Shown here: positions 17,271 to 26,081 of the stretch, piece after piece | Numbering within the stretch: the first letter of the stretch is position 1 | Layout of the letters: every line of letters starts with the position of its first letter | From: an uncultured Gammaproteobacteria bacterium | GTDB taxonomy: Bacteria; Patescibacteriota; Patescibacteriia; UBA9934; CAZDDW01 | Assembly (NCBI GenBank): GCA_965231015.1 | Contig: OZ246408.1 | Span: 481,237 to 545,236 of the forward strand | Length of the DNA: 64,000 nt | Reading direction: 5' to 3' | Made by a program: the position numbers and the translations under genes | Notes under the pieces: generated by a model | What the model was told of the DNA's origin: nothing | The model's database searches: none | What the model saw: the letters and a program-made list of their open reading frames with translations, nothing else

Positions 17271-18188
17271 CTAATCAAATTTTACTAAGTTTTTGTGGCC
17301 GTTAGCAAATTCGCTGGCGGTCATTGGTTTTTTTCCAGCTGGCTGCAACTTTGTGACTCGGATTGGGTTACTCCCAGTTCCGACTAAGATAGAATCGTCT
17401 TCAAGCTTGATTTGCCCCGGATTTAGAGGATGAAGATCAGTAATTTCGAACTCGATCAACTTAACACGCTTGCCATCAAGCTCGGTATAAATACCAGGCC
17501 AGGCCTCAAAGGCCCGGTGCACCCGATCTATTTCCTCAGCGGTTGCCTTCCAATCGATCCGTCCATCTTCACGTTCAATCATGTGGCAATAGCTAGCCTC
17601 TTCTTCTTTTTGTACAATCGGATCAATTTTGCCCGCTATATAGTCCTCTAAACTTCGGACCAATAATTTCGGACCAACGGTGTGAACCTTTGACTCAAGA
17701 TCAGTATAGGTTTCATTGCCTTTGAGCGGAATTTCATATTGAGCCAAAATCGGACCATGATCCATTTGTTCATCCAAGAGCATGATGCTGACACCGGTTT
17801 TATTATCTCCATTCAAAATTGCGGCTTGCATTGGTGAAGGGCCTCGATATTTTGGTAAAAGGGAAGGATGAACGTTAATAAAAGGACCAAACTCGAGTAC
17901 TCCGTCAGGAATCATTCGACCATACGCCACCACAACATAAAGATCCGCCTTTAGATCCTTGAGTTTGTTTTGGGGAATCGGATGGCGTAAGGTTTTTAGA
18001 ATGAGAACCGGAAGATCTAGTTCTTCCGCTCGAGTTTTGACAGCGCTTGGTTTCATAACCTGTTTTCGCCCAACCGGCTTATCAGATTGTGTGACAACTC
18101 CCACGACTTCAAAATTAGACGCCTCATTAAGGGCGTCTAGAAAAGGAACTGCAAAACCTGGGGTTCCGAAAAATACGACCTTCTTCAT
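17271..18188 (-). CDS. fmt: Methionyl-tRNA formyltransferase
   Basis: FFGTPGFA, VVAYG, INVHPSLLPKYRGPSP. Confidence 0.96.
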   Translation of the reverse strand: MKKVVFFGTPGFAVPFLDALNEASNFEVVGVVTQSDKPVGRKQVMKPSAVKTRAEELDLPVLILKTLRHPIPQNKLKDLKADLYVVVAYGRMIPDGVLEFGPFINVHPSLLPKYRGPSPMQAAILNGDNKTGVSIMLLDEQMDHGPILAQYEIPLKGNETYTDLESKVHTVGPKLLVRSLEDYIAGKIDPIVQKEEEASYCHMIEREDGRIDWKATAEEIDRVHRAFEAWPGIYTELDGKRVKLIEFEITDLHPLNPGQIKLEDDSILVGTGSNPIRVTKLQPAGKKPMTASEFANGHKNLVKFD

Positions 18189-18655
18189 AGCTTGGGAGGA
18201 TTGGTGTAGTTGATAACACGATCGATAAACAGAATGCCGTCCAGATGATCAATTTCGTGCTGAAAAATAATGGCCTCCATGCCACCCACCTTGCGTTTCA
18301 TTTTATGACCATGTCGATCCTTGGCCTTGATGGTAACAGATTTGTTTCGTTTTACTTGACCGTAAACTCCGGGAATAGAAAGACACCCCTCTTCCGAAGT
18401 AGTGTGCCAGATAGAACGGCGGATAATTTTCGGATTAACAAAAACTTCCGGACCGGTCTTAGTCTCAATAATTATAATTCGTTTATGAATTCCGATTTGT
18501 GGTGCGGCCAAACCAACTCCATCGGCCAGTTTCATGGTATCAATCATGTTGTCAATCAGGCTCTGGATTTTGTCCTCGGTCAGTTCTTTTTTATTGACCT
18601 CTTCAGACTTCAAACGTAAGTCATGATTGGGGTCAGTTAGAATGTTTAGTTTCAT
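18185..18655 (-). CDS. def: Peptide deformylase
   Basis: GVGLAAPQIG, EGCLSIPG, QHEIDHLDG. Confidence 0.97.
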   Translation of the reverse strand: MKLNILTDPNHDLRLKSEEVNKKELTEDKIQSLIDNMIDTMKLADGVGLAAPQIGIHKRIIIIETKTGPEVFVNPKIIRRSIWHTTSEEGCLSIPGVYGQVKRNKSVTIKAKDRHGHKMKRKVGGMEAIIFQHEIDHLDGILFIDRVINYTNPPKL

Positions 18656-20478
18656 AGTGATTCAATTGGATTTGTCTCTATAATGAAAGAATCTGGTAAA
18701 TTTTGCAAGGTTTGATTGATTCTTTCAGTTACTTCTTTGGGTGAGCGAATTTCCAAAGCATACTTTTTATTATTGGTTAAATTTTGTTTTACATTGGGAA
18801 AGGATTCAGTCAAGTGATCGGAAAGTTGGTCTATCATTTGTTGTGCCTCGGTTGGTCTTCCGCGAACCGTGATTCGCCACATACTACCAAAAGGCGGATA
18901 CGAAAAGTGGCGGCGAACCTGTGCTTCATCATCAAGGGTCGTTTTTGGTTCATTGATGATTCGACTGATTAGTTCAGGTGACCAGGTTTGAACCATGAAG
19001 TTGGCTCGAGCCCGCCAGGCTAAACCGCGCAGTTCGTGTAAACGGACCATTGTCTTTTCCACGGCGTTGTAAAACGGTTCAGAGAGACCAATGTCTGCGG
19101 CTAGTTCAGCGACTAATCCGAATTGAGGAGGATTCAAACGGTCAAGTATGTTTTCAAAGTAAAATTGGGTAGCCACTATTATCTCAGTTTCCGGATCAAA
19201 CTGCGTTCCTTTTTCCGCCACACCGATTGTTTCAGTGGGAAAGCGCTTCATTAACTGGCGTACGATTTCTCGGTTACCAATTCCACGTGAAGTTAGCTCG
19301 GTTCCGTTGCAGTTCGGGCAGTTTAAAGGAATGGGCATCAGGTGACCGCAACGGTGACACTTTAGTTCTTGCTCCCAGACCGTTGAGACTCCGTGGCATT
19401 TCGGACACTCGGCTAAATAGTTACAGTCTTTGCATACTAATCGTGGAGCAACACCCTTACGATTATAAGAAAATAACACTTTTTGACCTTTTTGTAAAGC
19501 CTCCCGAGTAGCTTTTAAGACAGGGTTGGAAAGAAGAATAAAATCTGTTGTTTCAGCTTCGGTCTTTAAGTTTAAGGGACGGGTTTTAGGAAGAAGGTCG
19601 TTTGGCAATCGGGTAATTGTGCGGAATTGTTCAGTGGTTTCAAGGGTTGGCACAACATCGAAAAAAGCTAGTGTGGCTCCGGTTGCTTTTTGCCAGGCCA
19701 AAGATAAATCCGTAGCACTGTAGCGCGGGTTCCGATCGTACTGTCGGTGCTCTGGGGAATTTGGTCTTAAAACAAAAATTGCTCCAAGCTCACACGCTGG
19801 AAGCAAAGCTCCCACCCGGGTGGCTACCATGGTCTTGATTCCTCCGGCTCGCCAAGCTGCGGCAGTATCAGCCCGACGCGTACGGGTGGTACGACTATCA
19901 AGCAGATGAACTGCATGTTCGCTTGCCAGAGCCTGACTAACTTCGTCAGCGTCATGTGTGTGGGGAACCAAGATCAGAGTTTGTCGGTTTTTATTTTGTC
20001 GTAGATATGCATCAATAGATCCAACCGCCTGAATCAAATCCGTGACTTCAAAAAAATTAGTACCCCCGTGTTGTATTTTTTTGACCAGGTTTTGCAGGTG
20101 ACTGATTTCTTCGGCGCGTAAACGAACCGCCTGTCCAGGCTGAACCTGAGGAATCGAGTAGGACCCACGTTTACGTGGTGGTAAAAACGCAGTGTCAAGT
20201 ACGGTTGATACCGACTGTACTATTTTTTCAGCCATGTCTTCATAAATTGCCAATTCATCTGAATTAAGCCAATTTTTGTCAAGTACTGATTCTACAGGTT
20301 TCAAGTTGGATTGCTTTGATTTTTCTGAGATTGCTTTTACCAATCCTCGGATTGTAATATTGCGAAATGGGATATAGACCAAAGAACCCCGTTCAACTTC
20401 TATTGAAGACGGGATCTCATAATCAAAGGCGTGAAAGCGTCGTGGTAAACGCTTGATTGGGTAAATTTGGGCAATCAT
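18652..20478 (-). CDS. priA: Primosomal protein N' (PriA) with degenerate helicase motifs
   Basis: N-terminal FDY..P/RG..V.IPF, YNRKG followed by four CxxC pairs, YPPF. Confidence 0.85.
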   Translation of the reverse strand: MIAQIYPIKRLPRRFHAFDYEIPSSIEVERGSLVYIPFRNITIRGLVKAISEKSKQSNLKPVESVLDKNWLNSDELAIYEDMAEKIVQSVSTVLDTAFLPPRKRGSYSIPQVQPGQAVRLRAEEISHLQNLVKKIQHGGTNFFEVTDLIQAVGSIDAYLRQNKNRQTLILVPHTHDADEVSQALASEHAVHLLDSRTTRTRRADTAAAWRAGGIKTMVATRVGALLPACELGAIFVLRPNSPEHRQYDRNPRYSATDLSLAWQKATGATLAFFDVVPTLETTEQFRTITRLPNDLLPKTRPLNLKTEAETTDFILLSNPVLKATREALQKGQKVLFSYNRKGVAPRLVCKDCNYLAECPKCHGVSTVWEQELKCHRCGHLMPIPLNCPNCNGTELTSRGIGNREIVRQLMKRFPTETIGVAEKGTQFDPETEIIVATQFYFENILDRLNPPQFGLVAELAADIGLSEPFYNAVEKTMVRLHELRGLAWRARANFMVQTWSPELISRIINEPKTTLDDEAQVRRHFSYPPFGSMWRITVRGRPTEAQQMIDQLSDHLTESFPNVKQNLTNNKKYALEIRSPKEVTERINQTLQNLPDSFIIETNPIESL

Positions 20479-21272
20479 TATTTTAATTCAAAGGTAGCGG
20501 TAAGGTAACCAACACCAAACGGCGCTTCGTAGGATAAGATACTGCTCCTAATATTTACTGAATCCAGAATTCCAAATAAAACAAGTAAGGGGCGCCAACC
20601 GCATTGTGCAACTTCCTTAGCGACCCTGGGATCAATACTTAATAATCCCATAGCGTTATTGCCACTTATCACTTCTTGGATTTTTTCGTCAAAGTCGTGT
20701 CCTTTTGGGTTGAATTCAACCGGGGCATCGCTGGTCAGACAGTGAGATAGATCTCCGGAAGAAATAACAGCCACTCTTTTAGGTGAGTCCTCGATAGTAT
20801 CCCGCAAAGCCTGACCAAAATGAAAATGAGTTTTTGCAGTTAAACCGGCAGTGGTATTAATCGGCACGATTTTAATGTTTGGTAACCGGTCAGTTAATCT
20901 TAAAAGAGGTACTGCCGTGCCGTAATCAAGACTATCTTCCGCGTGCAGGGAAACAGGTAAGTCCGCTTGGCGCAATTGACGTTGTAAGCGATCAATTAAC
21001 AGAAAATCAGGGCGAAATTCACGGTCTACTTCAACACTACCCAATCTTGACAGGTCTAATTTGTATGGGTCATCCATGTGAACCGTGACGGCGTCATCGT
21101 ACGCTGACCCATGGCCTGAAATGACCAAAATTACCTCTGGTTTTGCCGCATACAGTTCGTTGGCGATTTCATTTAAGGCTGCATTCGTTGCGGGTAATTT
21201 TTCTAAGTTTTCTTTCCCCACCTCCGGTAATAATAGGGGAGTGTGAGGAGTAAAGGCTGCAAAGACAAGCAT
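20478..21272 (-). CDS. LigB/MEMO1-like protein (AmmeMemoRadiSam B-type)
   Basis: PHTPLLLPEVG, LDYGTAVPL, SSGDLSH, YEAPFGVGY. Confidence 0.85.
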   Translation of the reverse strand: MLVFAAFTPHTPLLLPEVGKENLEKLPATNAALNEIANELYAAKPEVILVISGHGSAYDDAVTVHMDDPYKLDLSRLGSVEVDREFRPDFLLIDRLQRQLRQADLPVSLHAEDSLDYGTAVPLLRLTDRLPNIKIVPINTTAGLTAKTHFHFGQALRDTIEDSPKRVAVISSGDLSHCLTSDAPVEFNPKGHDFDEKIQEVISGNNAMGLLSIDPRVAKEVAQCGWRPLLVLFGILDSVNIRSSILSYEAPFGVGYLTATFELK

Positions 21273-21274
21273 AT

Positions 21275-22684
21275 TTATGGCGAGGTGGCGACGGTAAGAT
21301 CGTCTTGTTCAATCAGGTAGACAAAATCACCAAGCGGTTGATTAAGAACTGACCGTTCGTCTGTGACAACGATGTCTTCCCATTCATAACCAAGACCAAG
21401 AAAGACTTCTTCGCTCGGTATCGGTCGGCGCAGGCCTTCTGAAACAACAAAAACGTCCGGACTTTCCGTAGCTTTAATGAGTGTTCCGTCAAAGAATTTA
21501 ACGGGTTCACCGGTCGGATATTCTTCTAATGTTTCTGTTGCTGTTGGAACAATTGACCAAGAAGTGAAACGGTTGTTTAACACGTCTCGAGATTGCACGG
21601 CCTGTTTGATTCCATCTTCCACGTAATAAACTCCACCCGTGGTAGTATCTTGTAAAAGTGAGCCCTGTGGGTGGTCGCTTGCGGCAGTGACGGTTTCACC
21701 AACTGTGAATCCGTTAAGATCATCATTGGCAACAACAATTAATTCATCTTCTACAAAACCGATAGCTCTAAAGTCATCCATACTAGCGATTGGTTTTAAT
21801 ACGTCATCTACGAGTAAATAAATCACCCCGTCTTCGTCCTGAAGCAGGGAATAGTTGGCAAAACTAATTGGTGTTCCTTCCGGATAGGCATTTAAAACAC
21901 TTGGATCAACCGGAATGATCAGGTTTGGATTATACCGTGAAAGAAGAGCGGTTTGTGAGGTGATCGGACGTTTTTCGCCAAACTGAATTAGATACACCCC
22001 ACCGGTGGTGTTATCCTGAAGCAGAGTTCCTGATGGGTAATACAATCCGAAATACTGATTCCAAATTTTTACAAAGTTTTCATTGCCGTGCAGATGAGGG
22101 GTATAGGTGTAGAGCGCAGCAGTTGAAGCGTTTACAAAAGTGACGTCCGTGTCATCAATCTCTGCCGTCACGCCCGGACCATAGCCCATAACTGTCACAC
22201 CATCGTTTTCAATGTCTTCTAAATATCCCTCGATCATCTGAAGAGACGCACTATTTAGCTGTTTGGAAAAACCACGCCAGCGTTGGATGTTTGGGTCATC
22301 ATGAGTGCAATTGTCACATACACCGTATCCAAGAGCCCAATCAAGTTGGCTTTGGTTTGGGTCGTCATCTTCAATCAAGCTTTGCTCTTTTTGGAGCATG
22401 ACGAGCAGTACTTTCGGGTTAATCATGTGGGTGTTGGCGGTCCACCAAATAATTTCTGTGGCGGTACGGAGTCGACCGTCAATATCTTCAGTAACATAAT
22501 CAGCTAAAAAACCACGGTTTAATATGCGCTGAATATCATCCAAATCAAGGGAAAGATAATCAGTAAATTCAGCATCAGAGATCAAAAAATTTGGATTAAA
22601 AGAAGTAGCCGCAAAAGCCGGGGAAAGCGGATAAAAGGCTAAGATAAGCATAATAATAGTAAGGAAAACAGGTTTCATGTACAC
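21275..22684 (-). CDS. Secreted protein with a putative lysozyme-like N-domain and C-terminal repeats
   Basis: Signal peptide; INPKVLLVMLQKEQSL and TAALYTYTPH; repeated G.LL.....VY....G.KR.I units. Confidence 0.6.
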   Translation of the reverse strand: MYMKPVFLTIIMLILAFYPLSPAFAATSFNPNFLISDAEFTDYLSLDLDDIQRILNRGFLADYVTEDIDGRLRTATEIIWWTANTHMINPKVLLVMLQKEQSLIEDDDPNQSQLDWALGYGVCDNCTHDDPNIQRWRGFSKQLNSASLQMIEGYLEDIENDGVTVMGYGPGVTAEIDDTDVTFVNASTAALYTYTPHLHGNENFVKIWNQYFGLYYPSGTLLQDNTTGGVYLIQFGEKRPITSQTALLSRYNPNLIIPVDPSVLNAYPEGTPISFANYSLLQDEDGVIYLLVDDVLKPIASMDDFRAIGFVEDELIVVANDDLNGFTVGETVTAASDHPQGSLLQDTTTGGVYYVEDGIKQAVQSRDVLNNRFTSWSIVPTATETLEEYPTGEPVKFFDGTLIKATESPDVFVVSEGLRRPIPSEEVFLGLGYEWEDIVVTDERSVLNQPLGDFVYLIEQDDLTVATSP

Positions 22685-22775
22685 TAAATATTAGCATATT
22701 TTAGCATGTTTGGCGAATTGACAGAGAAGGAAAAACATGGTTAGGTAATTAGGCTTTGTGAAAGGTGGTTCATTG

Positions 22776-23132
22776 ATGAATATCGAACACCCGAATGTGG
22801 TTGTGGCCGTGGTCTGGTGTGGTCTTGGGATCGAGCCGACCGGCAACAAGCGTTTTGCCGGGCTCTGGATCCTCGAGAACAACCTGGGGTTCGACAGAGC
22901 CGACAAGAGTTCTTACTACTTCACAGTCAGTTCTTTCAGTCCGATGATGGTGCGGGTTTTTCCTCCGAACTCGGAATATTCGATCGGGGTTTTGGAGGTG
23001 GACGGGGAAGAGCGACGCATGGCTGACAACGACCTGTTCATGCGCGCCGGAACTGACCGCGCCGCAATCATCAGCTGGGCCCAGGCCAAGTTCGAGGCCC
23101 TTGTTCGGCTGGCTACCAAGCCGCCAAACTGA
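22776..23132 (+). CDS. Hypothetical protein (GC-rich insert)
   Basis: SD AAAGGTGG, GC-rich codons, own downstream hairpin. Confidence 0.55.
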   Translation: MNIEHPNVVVAVVWCGLGIEPTGNKRFAGLWILENNLGFDRADKSSYYFTVSSFSPMMVRVFPPNSEYSIGVLEVDGEERRMADNDLFMRAGTDRAAIISWAQAKFEALVRLATKPPN

Positions 23133-23151
23133 CACACCTTCTTAAAACGAA

Positions 23152-23184
23152 AAGCCGGAGTAGCAATACGCGCCACTCCGGCTT
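23152..23184. terminator. Probable bidirectional terminator
   Basis: AAGCCGGAGT...ACTCCGGCTT between convergent genes. Confidence 0.7.
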
Positions 23185-23203
23185 GATTTGTTTTGAAATT
23201 TTC

Positions 23204-25876
23204 TTACGCCTTGGCTTTTACTTTTGCAGTTTTCTGTTGCTTGATACCGATCTTATCTTTTGTGGTGTCAACTTGTACCGTACTTTCTTCATTGATTTTG
23301 CCACCGATAATCATTTTGGCTAACTCGTCTAGAATTTCAGACTGAATTAAGCGTTTCAAAGGCCGAGCGCCGTAAGCCGGATCGTATCCTTTTTGGGCTA
23401 AATACCCTTTGGCTTTATCTGTGATTTCAAGAGTGATTTTGCGTTGGTCCAACAGGCGTTTAGCTACACGGTTAACCTGCAACTCAACAATCGAACTGAT
23501 TTCGTCCTGACTTAAAGCGTGGAACATGATGATGTCATCGAGTCGATTTAAGAATTCCGGTCTAAATTGCTCGGTTAACATTTCCATGACTCGAGTGCGC
23601 ATGGTTTTATCTTTGGTTGTCTCGGACTCATCATCTTCAGAGAATCCCATCACCCCACTTGTTCCTTTAATAGTCATGTTCATGATGGCATCAGACCCAA
23701 CGTTCGAGGTCATTATCACTACGCAATTCTTAAAGTTCACTTTGCGACCCTTGGCGTCAGTCAGGTGTCCATCATCAAGAATTTGTAGCAGCATGTTAAA
23801 GGTGTCCGGATGAGCCTTTTCAATTTCATCAAACAGAAGTACTGAATACGGTTTACGTCGAACGATTTCGGTCAACTGTCCGCCTTCTTCATGACCAATA
23901 TAACCAGGAGGCGAACCAATCATTTTGGAGACCGAATGCTTTTCCATGTATTCGGACATGTCCAGTCGCACAAGCGCCGATTCATCGTTGAACATAAACT
24001 CGGCCAAAGCTCGGGCTAGTTCAGTCTTACCAACTCCGGTCGGACCAAGGAACAGGAACGAACCAATTGGTCGGCCTTCTTCCGAGATTCCAGCTCGGCT
24101 TCGGCGCAGGGCATTTGAAACAGCTACAATCGATTCTTGTTGACCAACCACTCGTTTCTTAAGCTCCTCTTCCATTCGGTTCAACTTCTCAAGTTCGCTT
24201 TCCAGCATCTTGGAAACAGGAATATTAGTCCAGCGCGATACTACCGCGGCTACATCTTCATCGCTCACAACTTCTTTTAAGATTCCACGATCCTTTTGCA
24301 ATTTAGCTAAGGCGGTTTCAGATTTGCGTAATTCTTTTTCTTTGGCCGGGATTTCACCATAACGAATTTCCGCCACCCGTTGCAGGTCACCTTTACGTTC
24401 TTCAATTTCGGCTTTGATACGCAGCTTGTCGATTTCTTTTTTAGTAGCCCGAATTTCAGCAATTTTATCTTTTTCGTTTTTCCATTTCATTTCCAGTTCT
24501 CGAGACGATTCCTTAGTATCAGCCAGCTGTTTTTCGATTTCAGCTAGACGAGCCTTAGAATCCTTGTCTTCTTCTTTGAGCAAAGCCTGACGCTCAATTT
24601 CAAGCCGCATAATGTCGCGCTTGGCTTTATCCAGGTCCTCGGGCATGGAATCAATCTGCATCTTGAGCGCGGAACTAGCTTCGTCAATCAAGTCCACGGC
24701 CTTATCCGGTAAAAAACGATCTGTGATATATCGGGTTGAAAGTTCAGCCGCGGCAATAATGGCAGAATCTGCAATTCTAATTCCGTGGTGCAGTTCGTAG
24801 CGGTCCTTGATTCCTCGGAGAATAGCAATAGTGTCATCAATGGAGGGCTCTTCTACAAGCACCGGCTGAAAACGGCGTTCAAAAGCCGGGTCCTTCTCAA
24901 TGTGCCGCTGATATTCTTTAAGTGTAGTGGCTCCGATAGTTTTAAACCGACCGCGAGCCAGAGCCGGCTTTAACATGTTTGACGCATCAAGCGGAGAACC
25001 ATCACTTGTTCCTGCACCAACTAAAGTATGAATCTCATCGATAAAACAAATAATCCGACCATCACTGTCTTCGATTTCCTTTATTACTGCCTTGAGCCGA
25101 TCTTCAAATTCACCCCGGTACTTTGTTCCGGCGACCAACGCTCCCAGATCCAATGAAACCAGTTCTCTGTTTTGCAAAGACTCAGGCACGTCACCACCGG
25201 CAATTCGTTGAGCCAGTCCTTCTACGATGGCGGTTTTACCAACTCCGGCCTCACCAATTAACACCGGGTTATTTTTGGTGCGGCGCGAAAGAATCTGCAT
25301 TACACGACGTATCTCTGCATCACGACCGATCACCGGATCCAGCTTTTCTTCGCGTGCCAGTTCGGTCAGGTTCTGGGCGTATTTCTCGAGCGCCTGATAC
25401 TTGGCTTCAGGTTCTGGGGAGTCAACTTTTTGGTTTCCTCGAATGTCTTTTAATACTCGCATGATCTCATCTTCCAACACACCATTTTGTTCCAAAAGTC
25501 GTCGGATGTTTTTGTCAGTCATTAATCCGAGCAATAAATGTTCAGTCGAAATATAATCGTCTTTAAATGATTTGGCGGTTTTATTCGAAGCGGCAAATAC
25601 ACGTGCCATTTGTGGAGAAAGATAAATCTGACCCACACCACCGTTTGTAAATTGGTTTTTGGGCAGAGCGTCCATGATTTTGTCGATCTGTCCGCGTAAT
25701 TCCGCTACATCAATTTCTAATTTTTCAATAGCGCTTATTACCACACCTTCATCTTGAGAAAGCAGGGAAGAGAGAAGGTGGATTGGTTCAATGGCCTGCT
25801 GACCGTTTTCTACGGCCAAATTGTGCGAATTTTGAATTGCCTCTTGAGCCTTGTGAGTGAAGTTTTGTGGGAGCAT
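23204..25876 (-). CDS. clpB: ATP-dependent chaperone ClpB
   Basis: Two AAA modules ([16 protein letters not shown]) with a long coiled-coil middle domain. Confidence 0.96.
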   Translation of the reverse strand: MLPQNFTHKAQEAIQNSHNLAVENGQQAIEPIHLLSSLLSQDEGVVISAIEKLEIDVAELRGQIDKIMDALPKNQFTNGGVGQIYLSPQMARVFAASNKTAKSFKDDYISTEHLLLGLMTDKNIRRLLEQNGVLEDEIMRVLKDIRGNQKVDSPEPEAKYQALEKYAQNLTELAREEKLDPVIGRDAEIRRVMQILSRRTKNNPVLIGEAGVGKTAIVEGLAQRIAGGDVPESLQNRELVSLDLGALVAGTKYRGEFEDRLKAVIKEIEDSDGRIICFIDEIHTLVGAGTSDGSPLDASNMLKPALARGRFKTIGATTLKEYQRHIEKDPAFERRFQPVLVEEPSIDDTIAILRGIKDRYELHHGIRIADSAIIAAAELSTRYITDRFLPDKAVDLIDEASSALKMQIDSMPEDLDKAKRDIMRLEIERQALLKEEDKDSKARLAEIEKQLADTKESSRELEMKWKNEKDKIAEIRATKKEIDKLRIKAEIEERKGDLQRVAEIRYGEIPAKEKELRKSETALAKLQKDRGILKEVVSDEDVAAVVSRWTNIPVSKMLESELEKLNRMEEELKKRVVGQQESIVAVSNALRRSRAGISEEGRPIGSFLFLGPTGVGKTELARALAEFMFNDESALVRLDMSEYMEKHSVSKMIGSPPGYIGHEEGGQLTEIVRRKPYSVLLFDEIEKAHPDTFNMLLQILDDGHLTDAKGRKVNFKNCVVIMTSNVGSDAIMNMTIKGTSGVMGFSEDDESETTKDKTMRTRVMEMLTEQFRPEFLNRLDDIIMFHALSQDEISSIVELQVNRVAKRLLDQRKITLEITDKAKGYLAQKGYDPAYGARPLKRLIQSEILDELAKMIIGGKINEESTVQVDTTKDKIGIKQQKTAKVKAKA

Positions 25877-25976
25877 AGGGAATTTTCAGTTTTCTATTTT
25901 GCAATTTTCAAGTAAATAATTTACAGAATTGATCATTATATATTAAATGAAAAATTGGTAAATTGATAATTTTCAA

Positions 25977-26003
25977 TTAGCACTCTCAATTATAGAGTGC
26001 TAA
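25977..26003. promoter_or_regulatory. CIRCE element (HrcA operator) upstream of clpB
   Basis: Perfect TTAGCACTC-N9-GAGTGCTAA. Confidence 0.95.
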
Positions 26004-26081
26004 TCGATAATAGTCAAGCTGGCTAAAATGAGGGTATTTTGGTACAATTTATAGATTATAAAGTGCTTAAATTGGCTAAAT

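Noticed and set aside
22770-23176. Minus-strand ORFs opposite 22776..23132 and other antisense shadow ORFs across the window
   Set aside because: They overlap better-supported genes that have SD sequences, codon bias or conserved motifs.
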